Shown here: positions 48,820 through 58,622 of the stretch, one piece after another
Layout: every line of letters begins with the position of its first letter
Position numbering within the stretch: the first letter of the stretch is position 1
Origin: an uncultured Chloroflexia bacterium
Lineage (GTDB): Bacteria > Chloroflexota > Dehalococcoidia > UBA2979
DNA: 64,000 bases
Direction: 5' to 3'
Assembly (NCBI GenBank): GCA_963728205.1
Contig: CAVSIV010000006.1
Span: 704,001-768,000, forward strand
Position numbers and translations under genes: made by a program
The notes under the pieces: generated by a model
Told to the model about the DNA's origin: nothing
The model's database searches: none
The model's input: the letters and a program-made list of their open reading frames with translations, nothing else

Positions 48820-50270
48820 TGTCGCGCCTCGAGGTCCGCTCGCTCTCGCGCTTCGACCCCGACCGCGCGACCGTGATCGAAGAGGTGTCGTTCGGCGTCG
48901 AGGAGGGCCGCATCTGCGCCATCGTCGGCCCGCCCGGCTGCGGGTCCACGTCGACCCTGCGCCAGGTGGCGGGTCTCGACCGGCCGGACGCCGGCGACGT
49001 GCTGCTCGGCGAGCGCACACTCGCGCCGATCCCGCCCCACCGGCGCGGCATCGGCATGGTTACCACCGACGTGGCGCTGTTCCCCGACCTCGACGTGCGC
49101 CGCAACGTCGAGTTCGGCCTGCGCATGCGGCGCTGGCCGCGCGGCAACCGCGAACAGCGCGCCGCCGCGATGCTCGCGCGCTTCGGCCTCTGGCCGCTCG
49201 CCGCGCGACGCGTCGACACGCTGTCCCCCGTCGAGCGCCTGCGCGTCGCGCTCGCGCGCGCGCTGGCGCCGCAGCCGGCGCTGCTGCTGCTCGACGCCCC
49301 GCTCGCGGCGATCGACGAAGCACACCGCGCCGCCGTGCGGACGGAGCTCGCCGACGCGCTGCGCGCGGCGGAGACGACGACGGTCGTCGCCACGCACGAC
49401 CTGCGCGACGCGATCGCGATCGCCGACGACATCGTCGTCATGGACGAGGGCCGCGTCCTGCAGAGCGGCCCGCTGGCCCGCGTGCTCGCAAGCCCCGGCT
49501 CCGTGCGAGTCGCGGCACTGGTCGGCTACGAGACGCTGATCTCCGGCGAGGTGCTCGACGGCCGCGTGGTCGAGGAGGGCGTCGGCGCGATGCGCGTGCC
49601 CGACGGCTTCCCGCTCGAGCACGCGGCGGTGGTCCTGGCGCACCCGTCGACACTGCTGGGCGTGCCGCCGGGGCTCAACCTCGGCAGCGGCGTGAGCGGC
49701 ACCGTCGCAGCGGTGCACCCGCAGGGGCCGATGCACCTGCTCGAGCTCGAGGTCGGCGAACGCCGGCTCGAGGTGCGCTGGGAGTGGGACCTGCGGCCGC
49801 CGGCGCTCGGAACGCAGCTCGAGGTGGTGGCACGCCCCGGCACCCTGCGCTACTTCAACGCGCCGTGGCCGCCCGTCCCGCCCACGCGCGCGCCCGAGCC
49901 GGAACCGGAACCCGCCGCGGCCGAAGGCGAGGACGACGAGGAGCCGGAGGAGGCGATGTCGACGCCGGAGCCCGCCAGCGACGAGGAGGCGGGCCCGCCG
50001 TCCACGGAGCCGCCGTCCGCGGCCCCGCCGTCCGCGGCCCCGCCGTCCGCGGCCCCGCCGTCCGCGGCCGCGCCGTCCGCGGAGCCGCCGTCCGCGGAGC
50101 CGCCCCGCGAGACTACCGCCGACCGCGACGCCAGCCCGCCCGCGTCGGCGGTGCCGCCCGCCCGGCGCGGCGAACCCGCGCCGGAGCGAGGGCAGCACGG
50201 GACTCGCGTCCCGCCGCCGTCCGCGACACCGCCGAGCCCGCGCCATCCGAGCATGCCCACTTTCGACTGA
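48819..50270 (+). CDS. ABC ATP-binding-like protein with degenerate motifs, TOBE-like domain and Pro-rich tail
   Basis: TGATG coupling; GPPGCGST, LFPDLDVRRNVEFGL, RVALARALAPQP, ATHD. Confidence 0.8.
   Translation: MSRLEVRSLSRFDPDRATVIEEVSFGVEEGRICAIVGPPGCGSTSTLRQVAGLDRPDAGDVLLGERTLAPIPPHRRGIGMVTTDVALFPDLDVRRNVEFGLRMRRWPRGNREQRAAAMLARFGLWPLAARRVDTLSPVERLRVALARALAPQPALLLLDAPLAAIDEAHRAAVRTELADALRAAETTTVVATHDLRDAIAIADDIVVMDEGRVLQSGPLARVLASPGSVRVAALVGYETLISGEVLDGRVVEEGVGAMRVPDGFPLEHAAVVLAHPSTLLGVPPGLNLGSGVSGTVAAVHPQGPMHLLELEVGERRLEVRWEWDLRPPALGTQLEVVARPGTLRYFNAPWPPVPPTRAPEPEPEPAAAEGEDDEEPEEAMSTPEPASDEEAGPPSTEPPSAAPPSAAPPSAAPPSAAAPSAEPPSAEPPRETTADRDASPPASAVPPARRGEPAPERGQHGTRVPPPSATPPSPRHPSMPTFD
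49995..50105 (+). repeat. 15-bp coding tandem repeat (PPSAA/PPSAE), about 7 units
   Basis: CCGCCGTCCGCGGCC units inside the C-terminal tail. Confidence 0.85.
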
Positions 50271-50316
50271 CGAGAATCTCGACGGGCGCTGGCGCGCCCG
50301 ATTACGCTGGCTCGCG

Positions 50317-50847
50317 ATGCAACCACCAGCCGTCGATGCGCTGATCCGTCGAGACCCCGAGGCGCGCGCCCTGCGCGCGCTCGCGCGCGCCGTCGAGCGA
50401 CTCCCGAGCCACCGCCACCCCGAGGACGCCCTGCAGATCGTCGTCGATCTCGCGCGCTCGCTGACGCACGCGACCTACGGCGCGCTTGCCGTGACCGACG
50501 AGCACGACCGCACCCAGGGCTTCGTGGTCTCCGGCGTCGACCCCGAGCGCATGCGCAGGCTGCGCACGCCGCCGCAGGGCCACGGGCCGCTCGGCTCGCT
50601 CCGCGAGGACGGCCGACCCGTCCGCTACGACGACGTCCGCCTGCACGCCAGGGCGTTCGGGTTCCCGCCACACCACCCCGAGATGCAGCGCATGCTCGGC
50701 GTCGCGCTGTGGGCGTTCGGCGAGGTGCGCGGCTCGCTCTACGTGACCGACCGCCGGGACGACAATCCGTTCGACGACGGCGACGAGCTCGTCGTCGTCA
50801 CGCTGGCGCGGCACGCGGGCCACGTCATCGAGACGGAGTGGTACTAG
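50317..50847 (+). CDS. stand-alone GAF domain protein
   Basis: ATYGALAV, GFPPHHPEM..MLGV, GSLYVTD, PFDDGDE (DosS/DevS-type GAF). Confidence 0.8.
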   Translation: MQPPAVDALIRRDPEARALRALARAVERLPSHRHPEDALQIVVDLARSLTHATYGALAVTDEHDRTQGFVVSGVDPERMRRLRTPPQGHGPLGSLREDGRPVRYDDVRLHARAFGFPPHHPEMQRMLGVALWAFGEVRGSLYVTDRRDDNPFDDGDELVVVTLARHAGHVIETEWY

Positions 50848-50872
50848 CGCGCGGCGAGGGCGAGAGCGGTGG

Positions 50873-51544
50873 CTACTTCGCCACGTACCGGTCGAACCAC
50901 TCGATCGACTTCAGCCACGAGTCCATCGCCGCCGGCTCGTTGTACGACGGACGCGTGTCGTTGAAGAACGAGTGGCCCGCGCCGGGGTAGATCGTGACGT
51001 CGCTCGGGACGCCCGACTCCTTGAGGGTGTCGCGCAGCATCTCGACCTGCGGGACCGGGATGCCCTGGTCCTCCTCGCCGTAGGAACCGAGCACCGGCAC
51101 CTTGATGCCGGCGATCTGCTCCTTCGCCGGCATGCCGCCGCCGTAGTAGACGTGCACCGCGTCGACGTTCGAGGTCGGCCGGATCGCGGTGGCGAGCGCG
51201 AGGCCGCCGCCCATGCAGTAGCCGACGCACCCGGCCTTCGCGACGCCGCGCTCGTCCTTCAGCCATGCGATCGCGGCGTCAATCTCGCGCGAGGCGACGT
51301 CGCGCTCCATGGACATCGCAAGCTTGCGCGCCTCGTCCGGCTCGCTGGCGACCTGGCCGTGGTAGAGGTCGGGCGCGAAGGCGAGGTAGCCCTCGACGGC
51401 GTAGCGATCGGCGATCTCCTTGATGTCGGGGGTGAGTCCCCACCACTCCTGGATCACGACGAGGCCGCCCTTCGGCGTGCCGTCGGGCTCGGAGAGGTAG
51501 CCGCTCACCTTGACGCCGTTGTGCTCAATGTCGATATCGGGCAT
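50873..51544 (-). CDS. dienelactone hydrolase family protein
   Basis: IQEWWGL, APDLY, GYCMGG, YPGAGHSFFN. Confidence 0.92.
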   Translation of the reverse strand: MPDIDIEHNGVKVSGYLSEPDGTPKGGLVVIQEWWGLTPDIKEIADRYAVEGYLAFAPDLYHGQVASEPDEARKLAMSMERDVASREIDAAIAWLKDERGVAKAGCVGYCMGGGLALATAIRPTSNVDAVHVYYGGGMPAKEQIAGIKVPVLGSYGEEDQGIPVPQVEMLRDTLKESGVPSDVTIYPGAGHSFFNDTRPSYNEPAAMDSWLKSIEWFDRYVAK

Positions 51545-51618
51545 GCCGTCTTCCCCTCAGGTGCGCTCGGGACAACGGTGGCGAGTATACGCATCCGTCC
51601 GCCGCCATCGCCCGGGCT

Positions 51619-51650
51619 GCGCGGGTTGCGCGGGTTGCGCGGGTTGCGCG
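51619..51650. repeat. short tandem repeat (GCGCGGGTT), about 3.5 units
   Basis: read directly; intergenic. Confidence 0.7.
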
Positions 51651-51688
51651 GCATGCTCAGCCCGCTCACACGGGGCCGTTCGCCCCGG

Positions 51689-52396
51689 CTACTGGATGTC
51701 CGCGGGTGTGATCGTGAACAGCGTGCGGCAGTGGTCGCCGGCCGCCACCTGGTGAGCGAGGTACCAGCCATCGGGCGCCTCGATGGCGAACTCGTAGGGG
51801 CGCGGCGGCTTGTGCACGTCGAGCGACTCGGCCTGCATCTGGTCGACCTCGATCACGACGCCGCTGGTGTCGATGAACGCGATGTCGAGGTTGATGTGCG
51901 TGTTCTTCATCCAGAAGCCGGCGTTGCCTTTGGCGTCCGGGTAGTAGAAGAGCATGCCCCGGCCCTCGAGCGTGGAGCGGCCGGAGAGCCCGATGCCGTA
52001 CTCCGAGACCCTCGGGACCTCGACGGGGAGGGTCACCGTTGTGCCGTCCGCGCGCGTGAACTCCACGACCGGGAGCTGATCGGTGGGGATGGCGGCGGTG
52101 GAGGCGACGCGTTCGCCGCTGGGTGTCGCGGTACCCGTGGGGGCGGTCGTGGGAGCCGCGGTGGCGGTCGTGGGAGCCGCGGTGGTGGCGGCGGTCGTCG
52201 CCGGCGAGGCTGAGGCGGCGGCCCTCGGCGGAGCGGCGGTCGTCGCCGCGCGCACCGGCGACGCGGGTGAGGACGCCGATGGCGTGGCCGTCGCGGACGA
52301 GCCGCTGCAGGCCGCGAGCGTCAGCGACGCGAGCGCGAGCACGCACGCCAGGAGGCGGCGGGCCGAGCGGAGGCGAGTCGCGATGCTGCGGGGCAC
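51689..52396 (-). CDS. DUF192 domain lipoprotein with Thr/Ala/Pro linker
   Basis: lipobox LAAC; GLSGR..GMLF...FWMKNT...LDIAFID; TACCAT 7 nt before GTG. Confidence 0.82.
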   Translation of the reverse strand: MPRSIATRLRSARRLLACVLALASLTLAACSGSSATATPSASSPASPVRAATTAAPPRAAASASPATTAATTAAPTTATAAPTTAPTGTATPSGERVASTAAIPTDQLPVVEFTRADGTTVTLPVEVPRVSEYGIGLSGRSTLEGRGMLFYYPDAKGNAGFWMKNTHINLDIAFIDTSGVVIEVDQMQAESLDVHKPPRPYEFAIEAPDGWYLAHQVAAGDHCRTLFTITPADIQ

Positions 52397-52465
52397 GGAC
52401 ACGATGGTAGAGAGGCGCGCCGTCGATTGACAACGTGGCGAGGGGCCTGACACGCTCAGAATCCG

Positions 52466-53269
52466 ATGCCCAACCGCACGCTGGACGTGGCGCTGCGTCT
52501 CTGGCCGCAGGCCCGGGACGCCGGCACCATCGACGACCCGTCGGACCTCGACGCCCTGCTGGAGACGCAGGGTCAACCCGGCGCGCCCGCGTTCGAGGCG
52601 GGCGTGCGGGGCACGTTCGCGTGCTTCCTCCCCGGCGAGGAAGCCACGCTCACGCTGCCGACCGGCGAGCAGACCGCGTCGGACGCGGAGGCGCGCTTCG
52701 TCGGCCACCTGCTCGTCACGCGCACGCTGCTCGCCGCCGGCCTCCACGTCGACGACCGCGTGACCGCCGCGATGGCCGACGCCTACGCGCTGTCGTGGAC
52801 CGCGCGCGACAGCACCCGCTACGGCCAGACGCCGCTCGCGCTCGCGACGTCGCTCTGGCTCATCGCCCTCGACCCGGCCGGCGCGTCGGACCACCCGCTC
52901 CCGATCGACTGGAGCCCCGCGTGCTTCGCCGACGCCGAGCGCTGGGATCTCGGGTACCGGCTGTTCTCGCACTACGACATCCGCGAGCGCGCCATCGACT
53001 GGGCGACGTTCGTCAGCGCGGCGCCGGGGCGGCACGAGGGCGTGTCGGTGTTCGCGATCGTGGAGCCGCTGCTGCGGCTCGGCCAGGACGCGCGGGTGCG
53101 GATCGCGCTCGCGGCGCTGAGCGAGGCGGCGGAACGTTCCGGCGGGCGTGCGCCCGCCGCGGCGATGCTCGAGCGCGGTCGCATCGCCGCGCTGCTGCAG
53201 GCGTTCGTACGCGACGTGGTGCGCCGCCCCGCCGGCGGCCCCGAGAACCGCCCCCGACCGCAGGTATAG
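52466..53269 (+). CDS. hypothetical protein
   Basis: 267-aa ORF with protein-like composition; no motif recognised. Confidence 0.7.
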   Translation: MPNRTLDVALRLWPQARDAGTIDDPSDLDALLETQGQPGAPAFEAGVRGTFACFLPGEEATLTLPTGEQTASDAEARFVGHLLVTRTLLAAGLHVDDRVTAAMADAYALSWTARDSTRYGQTPLALATSLWLIALDPAGASDHPLPIDWSPACFADAERWDLGYRLFSHYDIRERAIDWATFVSAAPGRHEGVSVFAIVEPLLRLGQDARVRIALAALSEAAERSGGRAPAAAMLERGRIAALLQAFVRDVVRRPAGGPENRPRPQV

Positions 53270-53299
53270 GCGGGCCCGCTCCGGAACGGCGCTGACGTG

Positions 53300-53447
53300 C
53301 GCCTCAGCGGCGGCAGACGTGCCACCTCAGCGGCGGCGGACGCCGCCGACAGGACGGCGGCGTCCGCCGCCGATTCGCGCGCGGGTTCCACCGCCCGGCG
53401 GCCCTGCCGCCGGAACTGTCGGCGGCATGTCTGCCGCCGCTGAGGCG
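53300..53447. repeat. REP cluster, copy 13
   Basis: GCCTCAGCGGCGGCAGACGTGCC ... TGTCGGCGGCATGTCTGCCGCCGCTGAGGC, with extra internal CGGCGG hairpins. Confidence 0.85.
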
Positions 53448-53530
53448 GCGTGTGCCATGTCGAGTCGCGTCGGGATGGGTCGCGACGGCAACGGCAGCGG
53501 GAAGCGAGCGCGGCCGCTCGCCCGAGGCGG

Positions 53531-53995
53531 TCAGTCCGCCGCGACGCGCCCGGCCGAGTCTTCACCCAGCGCCGACTCCGGCTCGCCGGGGATCTCGGTG
53601 TCGCCGAGGTTCACGTTTGCGATCTCGTTGATGCGCTCGAGCACCGTGAGCAACTCACGGTCGTCGTCCTTCGCCATGTCCGGGATGTGGTAGCCGCCGA
53701 ACGCGTCGACCACCGTCTTGTGGTCGTCGATCACGAAGTCCGGCACGACCGGCACGCCGAAGGTCTTCAGCCGCTCGTGGTGATCCTCGAGCGGCTTGAT
53801 GAAGTAGTCGGTGATGTACTCGTCGAGGTCGTGGCGCTTCATGTCCCAGCGCCGGATGCCGACGCCCGACCAGATGTAGATCGTGTGTCCGGCTTCGCGC
53901 AGGGACTCGAAGACCTCGCGCGTGTGGTTGCGCAGCTTGCCGTTCCACATGATCAGCGTGTTGTCGACGTCGAAGAAGATGTTCAACTTGCGCAC
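53531..53995 (-). CDS. minimal HAD-superfamily hydrolase
   Basis: motif I FFDVDNTL, motif II IWS, K, motif IV VIDD. Confidence 0.75.
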   Translation of the reverse strand: MRKLNIFFDVDNTLIMWNGKLRNHTREVFESLREAGHTIYIWSGVGIRRWDMKRHDLDEYITDYFIKPLEDHHERLKTFGVPVVPDFVIDDHKTVVDAFGGYHIPDMAKDDDRELLTVLERINEIANVNLGDTEIPGEPESALGEDSAGRVAAD

Positions 53996-54091
53996 GGGGT
54001 GTTGGGGCTCTCCTTCGCGGACGGCCGTCGAGGGGCGATCCGTGGGTGCTCGGTGGGCGGGACCGTCAGGCGAGTCTAACCCGCCGGACGG

Positions 54092-54874
54092 CTACGCCGG
54101 GACGCCCGCGTGCTTGCCGATGAACGCGCCCACGGCCTGGTTGTACGCGAGCGCGTCCTCGAAGTAGACGGAGTGCCCGAGGCCCGGGAACTCGCGGTAC
54201 TCGGAGCCGGGAACCAGCTCGTGGACGCGGCGGATGATCGCCGGCGGCGTCAGCGCGTCCTCGCCGCCCACGATGAACAGCGTCGGCACCGTCAGGCGCG
54301 ACACGCGCTCGCGGTCGGGCGCGCCGCCGACGGGCATGCCGGTCGCGGCGTCGCGCGGCGGGTTGAGCCCGGCGATCTGGCGGTAGAGGAACGTGCGCGC
54401 CGCCTGGCTCGCCTGGAATGAGGCGCCGAGCGCTCGCTCGGCCAGCGGCGTGTCCTGCCCCGGCGCCTGCTCACGCAGGCGCCGCGCTTCGTCCTGCAGC
54501 TCCGGCCAGTCGAAGAAGCCCCACGTGTCGCACATCACCAGCGCCGTCACGCGCTGGGGGTGGTCGACGGTGAACCCGAGCGCCGTGCGCCCGCCCATCG
54601 ACTGCGCGACGAGCGCCGCGCGGTCGATCTGCAGTTCATCGAGCAGCAGCTCGAGGTCGCGCACGAACTCCGTCGCGCCCTTCTGCTCGGGGTCCGTCGA
54701 GCTGCCGAAGCCGCGGTGGTCGATCGTGACGCAGCGGTAGCGGTCGCGGAACGCCGGCACCTGCTGCCACCACGACAGGTGGTTGCCGGCGGCCCCGTGC
54801 AGGAAGACCACGGCCGGTCCCTCGCCGTGGCTCTCGTAGTACAGGTCGATCCCGTTGAGCTGGGCGATCGGCAT
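54092..54874 (-). CDS. alpha/beta fold hydrolase
   Basis: FLHG, DHRGFG, AQSMGG, GHSVYFE. Confidence 0.9.
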   Translation of the reverse strand: MPIAQLNGIDLYYESHGEGPAVVFLHGAAGNHLSWWQQVPAFRDRYRCVTIDHRGFGSSTDPEQKGATEFVRDLELLLDELQIDRAALVAQSMGGRTALGFTVDHPQRVTALVMCDTWGFFDWPELQDEARRLREQAPGQDTPLAERALGASFQASQAARTFLYRQIAGLNPPRDAATGMPVGGAPDRERVSRLTVPTLFIVGGEDALTPPAIIRRVHELVPGSEYREFPGLGHSVYFEDALAYNQAVGAFIGKHAGVPA

Positions 54875-54877
54875 GGC

Positions 54878-55894
54878 TCACTCCTCCCGGGCGGCTTCCT
54901 CGGGCGGCAGCACGCACGAGGTGAACGTGAAGGCGAAGGCGGCGAGCCCGTCGGACTCGGTCTCGAGCACGAGTGAGCGGCGCTCGACCTCGTCGCTGCG
55001 GACGAGACTGTACATGCGCGGGGCGTCGACGTGGACGGTGCCGTCGGCGGCGACGTCCTCGCCCGCGAGGTCGCCCGGCGGCGCGCCGTCGACGCGCACG
55101 CGGAGTGTGCCGGAGCCCCCGGCCATCGGCGGGTGCAGCACGAGGTTGACGTCCGCGGCCATGGAGTCGAGGTGGATGCGGCTCGGGTGCGACGCGCCGA
55201 ACGGCCGCGCGGCGCTCTCGGCCTGCAGCAGCCAGTCGCCCTCGAGGTAGAGCGTGCCGTCCATGTGCTTGCCGGGGTCGGTGAAGGTCATCGGGCGGTC
55301 GGGCGTGACGGTGCCGACGTTGCCGAGGCGGCCGCGCGCATAGCCGCAGTAGAGCTCGGGCGTGACGTGGTAGCAGACCGCGCCGGGCCCGTCCTCCGGT
55401 CGCACCGGCTCCATGATCTCGGGGAGCGGCGTCGCGAAGCCGGGCTGCTCGGCGAGCAGGTGCTGGATCAGCTGCTCGGACTCGCCGTAGGCGCCCTCGC
55501 CGAAGTGGCGCGCCTTGATCTTGCCGTCGACGCCGACGAAGTACTTCGCGGGCCAGTACTTGTTCGCGTAGGCCTGCCAGATCTTGTACTCGTTGTCGAG
55601 GACGACCGGGTAGTCGATGGCCTGCGCCGCGACGGCGCGACGCACGTGATCGGCGTTGCGCGCGAAGCCGAACTCCGGCGTGTGCACGCCGACGATCACG
55701 AGCCCGTGATCGGCGTAGCGGCGGTGCCACTCGGTGAGGTACGGCAGCGTGCGCAGGCAGTTCACGCAGGTGTAGTCCCAGAAGTCGACGAGGACGACCT
55801 TCCCCGAGCCGCGCACGGCGACGGGTCCGCCCTGGAGCCACTCGCCGCCCGTGAACTCGGGGGCATAGACCGGCCCCTGCTCCTCCTGCGTCAT
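54878..55894 (-). CDS. redoxin-domain protein (DipZ C-terminal-like)
   Basis: LVDFWDYTCVNCLRTLP, GVHTPEF, NKYWPA, HFGEGAY, TPELYCGY, AFTF. Confidence 0.88.
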   Translation of the reverse strand: MTQEEQGPVYAPEFTGGEWLQGGPVAVRGSGKVVLVDFWDYTCVNCLRTLPYLTEWHRRYADHGLVIVGVHTPEFGFARNADHVRRAVAAQAIDYPVVLDNEYKIWQAYANKYWPAKYFVGVDGKIKARHFGEGAYGESEQLIQHLLAEQPGFATPLPEIMEPVRPEDGPGAVCYHVTPELYCGYARGRLGNVGTVTPDRPMTFTDPGKHMDGTLYLEGDWLLQAESAARPFGASHPSRIHLDSMAADVNLVLHPPMAGGSGTLRVRVDGAPPGDLAGEDVAADGTVHVDAPRMYSLVRSDEVERRSLVLETESDGLAAFAFTFTSCVLPPEEAAREE

Positions 55895-56058
55895 CGGCGC
55901 GTCCTCTCCCTGCGGGCGAGTGTACGACGGGACCCCGTCGCCGGCGGCGCCGGACACGCCGTCGATATCGGTCGGCGTGCGGGCTTCGACCCACGCGTTG
56001 CGGGCACGCCGGTCGAGCCATGTCGCGCTCGCCACGGCCCGCGGCCTTCGTCGCATAC

Positions 56059-56093
56059 TAACGCTTGTCGTTATTATCGCGGCGCGTTACGCT
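56059..56093 (+). promoter_or_regulatory. higBA promoter with two palindromic operators
   Basis: TTGTCG-17 nt-TACGCT; TAACG-N5-CGTTA (56059-56073) and TATCG-N5-CGTTA (56075-56089). Confidence 0.7.
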
Positions 56094-56099
56094 TGCGCC

Positions 56100-56384
56100 G
56101 TGATTGGGAGCTTCCGGGACCGAGACGCTGAGCGCCTGTTCGCGCGTCAGTCCGTTCGGAGATGGTCGCCTGAACTGCAGCGGGTTGCGCTTCGGAAGTT
56201 GCGGATGCTCGACGCCGCGGAACGTCTCGACGACCTGCGCGTGCCACCGGGGAATCGCCTGGAACGACTGAGTGGGGACCGCGCCCGGCAGCGCAGCATT
56301 CGCATCAACGACCGGTGGCGAATCTGCTTCCGCTGGCGGTCGGGGGACGCATACGAGGTTGAGATCGTTGACTACCACGTGTGA
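56100..56384 (+). CDS. higB: HigB/RelE-family toxin
   Basis: IGSF..., DLRVPPGNRLERL, SIRINDRWRICFRW, VEIVDYH. Confidence 0.92.
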   Translation: MIGSFRDRDAERLFARQSVRRWSPELQRVALRKLRMLDAAERLDDLRVPPGNRLERLSGDRARQRSIRINDRWRICFRWRSGDAYEVEIVDYHV

Positions 56385-56393
56385 GGCGATGTG

Positions 56394-56693
56394 ATGACAG
56401 TCAAGAAGCTTGCGCCGATCCACCCGGGTGAAGTGCTACTCGAAGAGTTCCTGAAGCCGATGGGGATGAGCCAGTACCGACTCGCGACCGACATCAGCGT
56501 GCCACCGCGTCGGATCAACGAGATCGTTCACCACACGAGAGGGATCTCCGCGGATACCGCACTGCGGCTCTCCCGTTACTTCGGGACCACGGAGCGCTTC
56601 TGGCTCAACCTGCAGGCGCAATACGATCTCGACGTGGAGCGCGACCGTCTTGGTGATCGGCTCGACCGGGAGGTCATCAAGAGGGCGGGCTGA
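56394..56693 (+). CDS. higA: HigA antitoxin (HTH)
   Basis: PIHPGEVLLEEFL, RINEIV, TALRLSRYFGT..FWLNLQ. Confidence 0.93.
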   Translation: MTVKKLAPIHPGEVLLEEFLKPMGMSQYRLATDISVPPRRINEIVHHTRGISADTALRLSRYFGTTERFWLNLQAQYDLDVERDRLGDRLDREVIKRAG

Positions 56694-56825
56694 GAGCCCT
56701 CGCTGGCTTCGGCGATCACCCGCCCGCGCAACGCAGCACCAGGAACGGTGCGCATGCCGAGGCGCTCTCCCCGGGTTCCCGCGCACGCAAGACGGCTGCC
56801 CCTCGGCGCGGATGCACGTTCATCG

Positions 56826-57047
56826 CTACGGGCGGTCGACGGCCTCCGGGGGTTCCACGGCGGCAGCCCGGCGGCCAAACGGAGCGAAGCTGCTCCAGAA
56901 CAGCAGCGACAACGCGACGCCTGCGAGTCCGACGGCGATCAGGATCGCGCCCACGATCTTGATGTCGATGCCGGCGATCGTGTAGTTCACCGCCCACGCG
57001 AGGATCGCGCCGACGGCGACGAGAAACAGACTGAATCCGATGCTCAT
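56826..57047 (-). CDS. small 2-TM membrane protein (DUF6458-like)
   Basis: MSIGFSLFLVAVGAILAWAV...VGAILIAVG; GGAG upstream. Confidence 0.7.
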   Translation of the reverse strand: MSIGFSLFLVAVGAILAWAVNYTIAGIDIKIVGAILIAVGLAGVALSLLFWSSFAPFGRRAAAVEPPEAVDRP

Positions 57048-57186
57048 GGTTCCGCTCTCCATTTCGGGCCGCTGCACGCGGGCAGTTCGGCATCACCGAT
57101 CGTCCGTCGGAGGACGGTCGTCTGGTCCTGCAGCCGTCGATCTCCGTCCGGCGCCCGCGCGGCCGAGGGCGAAGCCGGCATCGCGC

Positions 57187-57471
57187 CTAGATCGCGCTGC
57201 GCCGGCCGCCGCCGCTCGCCAGCATGCGGAATACGAAGATCACCAGGATCGCGCCGCCCGCCGCGATGGCGATGCTGCGAGGGTTGAACCCCGTGACGTC
57301 CCCAAAGCCGAGTGCGGTGCTGATGAACCCGCCGACGATTGCCCCGGCCACGCCGAGCACCGCTGCCAGCACGAGGCGTCGCAACCCGATGCCACCGGGC
57401 CCTCCGCCCAGCACGAACTCCGCGAGCAAGCCCGCGACCAGTCCAACGAGAACCCACGTGAAGAAACCCAC
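57187..57471 (-). CDS. GlsB/YeaQ/YmgE family stress-response membrane protein
   Basis: WVLVGLVAGLLA...LGVAGAIVGG...GAIL; GGAGG upstream. Confidence 0.85.
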   Translation of the reverse strand: MGFFTWVLVGLVAGLLAEFVLGGGPGGIGLRRLVLAAVLGVAGAIVGGFISTALGFGDVTGFNPRSIAIAAGGAILVIFVFRMLASGGGRRSAI

Positions 57472-57901
57472 GTCCCGCGCCTCCCTGCCAATCCGACCCG
57501 GACCATCGTCAGTCCGAGGCGTCACGCGAGCGTTACGCGCGACCCGTTCACTCGTGTCGGGACGAGACGCGTTGCGTCCGTCTCTCGCGGCGTCGGCGCC
57601 CCGCGCCCTGCGGCCGGGGCTCCGAGCACGGCGACCTCGTCGCGGACGTCGTGGAGCCGGGCGCGTTCAGTCGAGCGGGCATTGCGGCATGCGCGCAGCG
57701 GCGCGATGCCAGAATGCGTCGCCGTCGGCATGCGCTTGGTGATCGGGGTCGTGCGTGGCCTGCGGCCGTGCGACGGTCGGCCGTCTACCCGGGCGGCGGC
57801 GCCGAAGCCAGTACCGTTCCCAGTACGTCATGTCTGCCATCGCGCGTCTCCCATCGCAGTGCGTTGATGGATCCCCATTGCGGCGCCGCGGCGGAACGTG
57901 G

Positions 57902-58261
57902 TCACGACCGGCCGGCCGCGCCGCGCGCCTCCGCCGGCTCGACCGCCGTGCGGTTTCGCGCGGCGGACGACGGTGCCGGTGCCGGTGCGGGTGCCGGTGC
58001 GGCGAGGCCGACTTCGAGCCGCGCGTCGCCGAGTCGATGCCCGTTCAGCGCGGCGATCGCCTTCGCCGCCGCTCCGGGCGTCATGTCGACGTACGCGATC
58101 GCGCCGGGACGCCGCGTCGCCGCGTGGACCGGGCGCATGTAGCCGAGCACCTCCCCATGCGGCAGGAGCAGCGAGCGGATCGTCGCCTCCGTGGCGCCAT
58201 CGGGCAGGTTGCCGATCTGGACTCTCTGGCGTTGCTCGCCACGCGTCAGCTGATCAACCAA
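57902..58261 (-). CDS. RRM-domain RNA-binding protein with (AP)n tail
   Basis: RNP2-like VQIGNL, RNP1-like AIAYVDM, AIAALNG. Confidence 0.7.
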   Translation of the reverse strand: MVDQLTRGEQRQRVQIGNLPDGATEATIRSLLLPHGEVLGYMRPVHAATRRPGAIAYVDMTPGAAAKAIAALNGHRLGDARLEVGLAAPAPAPAPAPSSAARNRTAVEPAEARGAAGRS

Positions 58262-58622
58262 GGGACGTCTCTCTCCCCGACGGCGGGCGGCGTCGGCAGG
58301 CCGGCGCGCGGTGCCCGCGATCGGTGTTGCGGCGTGTTCCGGGCGAGGTCGAACTCCGCGGCATCACCAGCCTCGGCCATGGGCTGTGACGCGAGCGTGA
58401 CAACCGCGATCTCAGCCTCGGGGCGGATGCACGAGGCGAACGCGGCCGGGATCGCGGCCGGTCGGGGTCGGGGTCATTCGGGGGTGGCGGATGAGGGCGC
58501 GTGGGCGCGTGCCGTCGGTAACTGCCCGGGATCCCACCAGAGCGACGGGCACGCGCAGGGAGTCGCACTCCCGGGTCAGGCGGCTGAGGTGCTCGAGATC
58601 CTCGACCGCCCGGCGGGATCGA

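Noticed and set aside
55900-56060. tRNA or att site at the putative island border
   Set aside because: No cloverleaf, T-loop/CCA pattern or flanking direct repeat could be identified.
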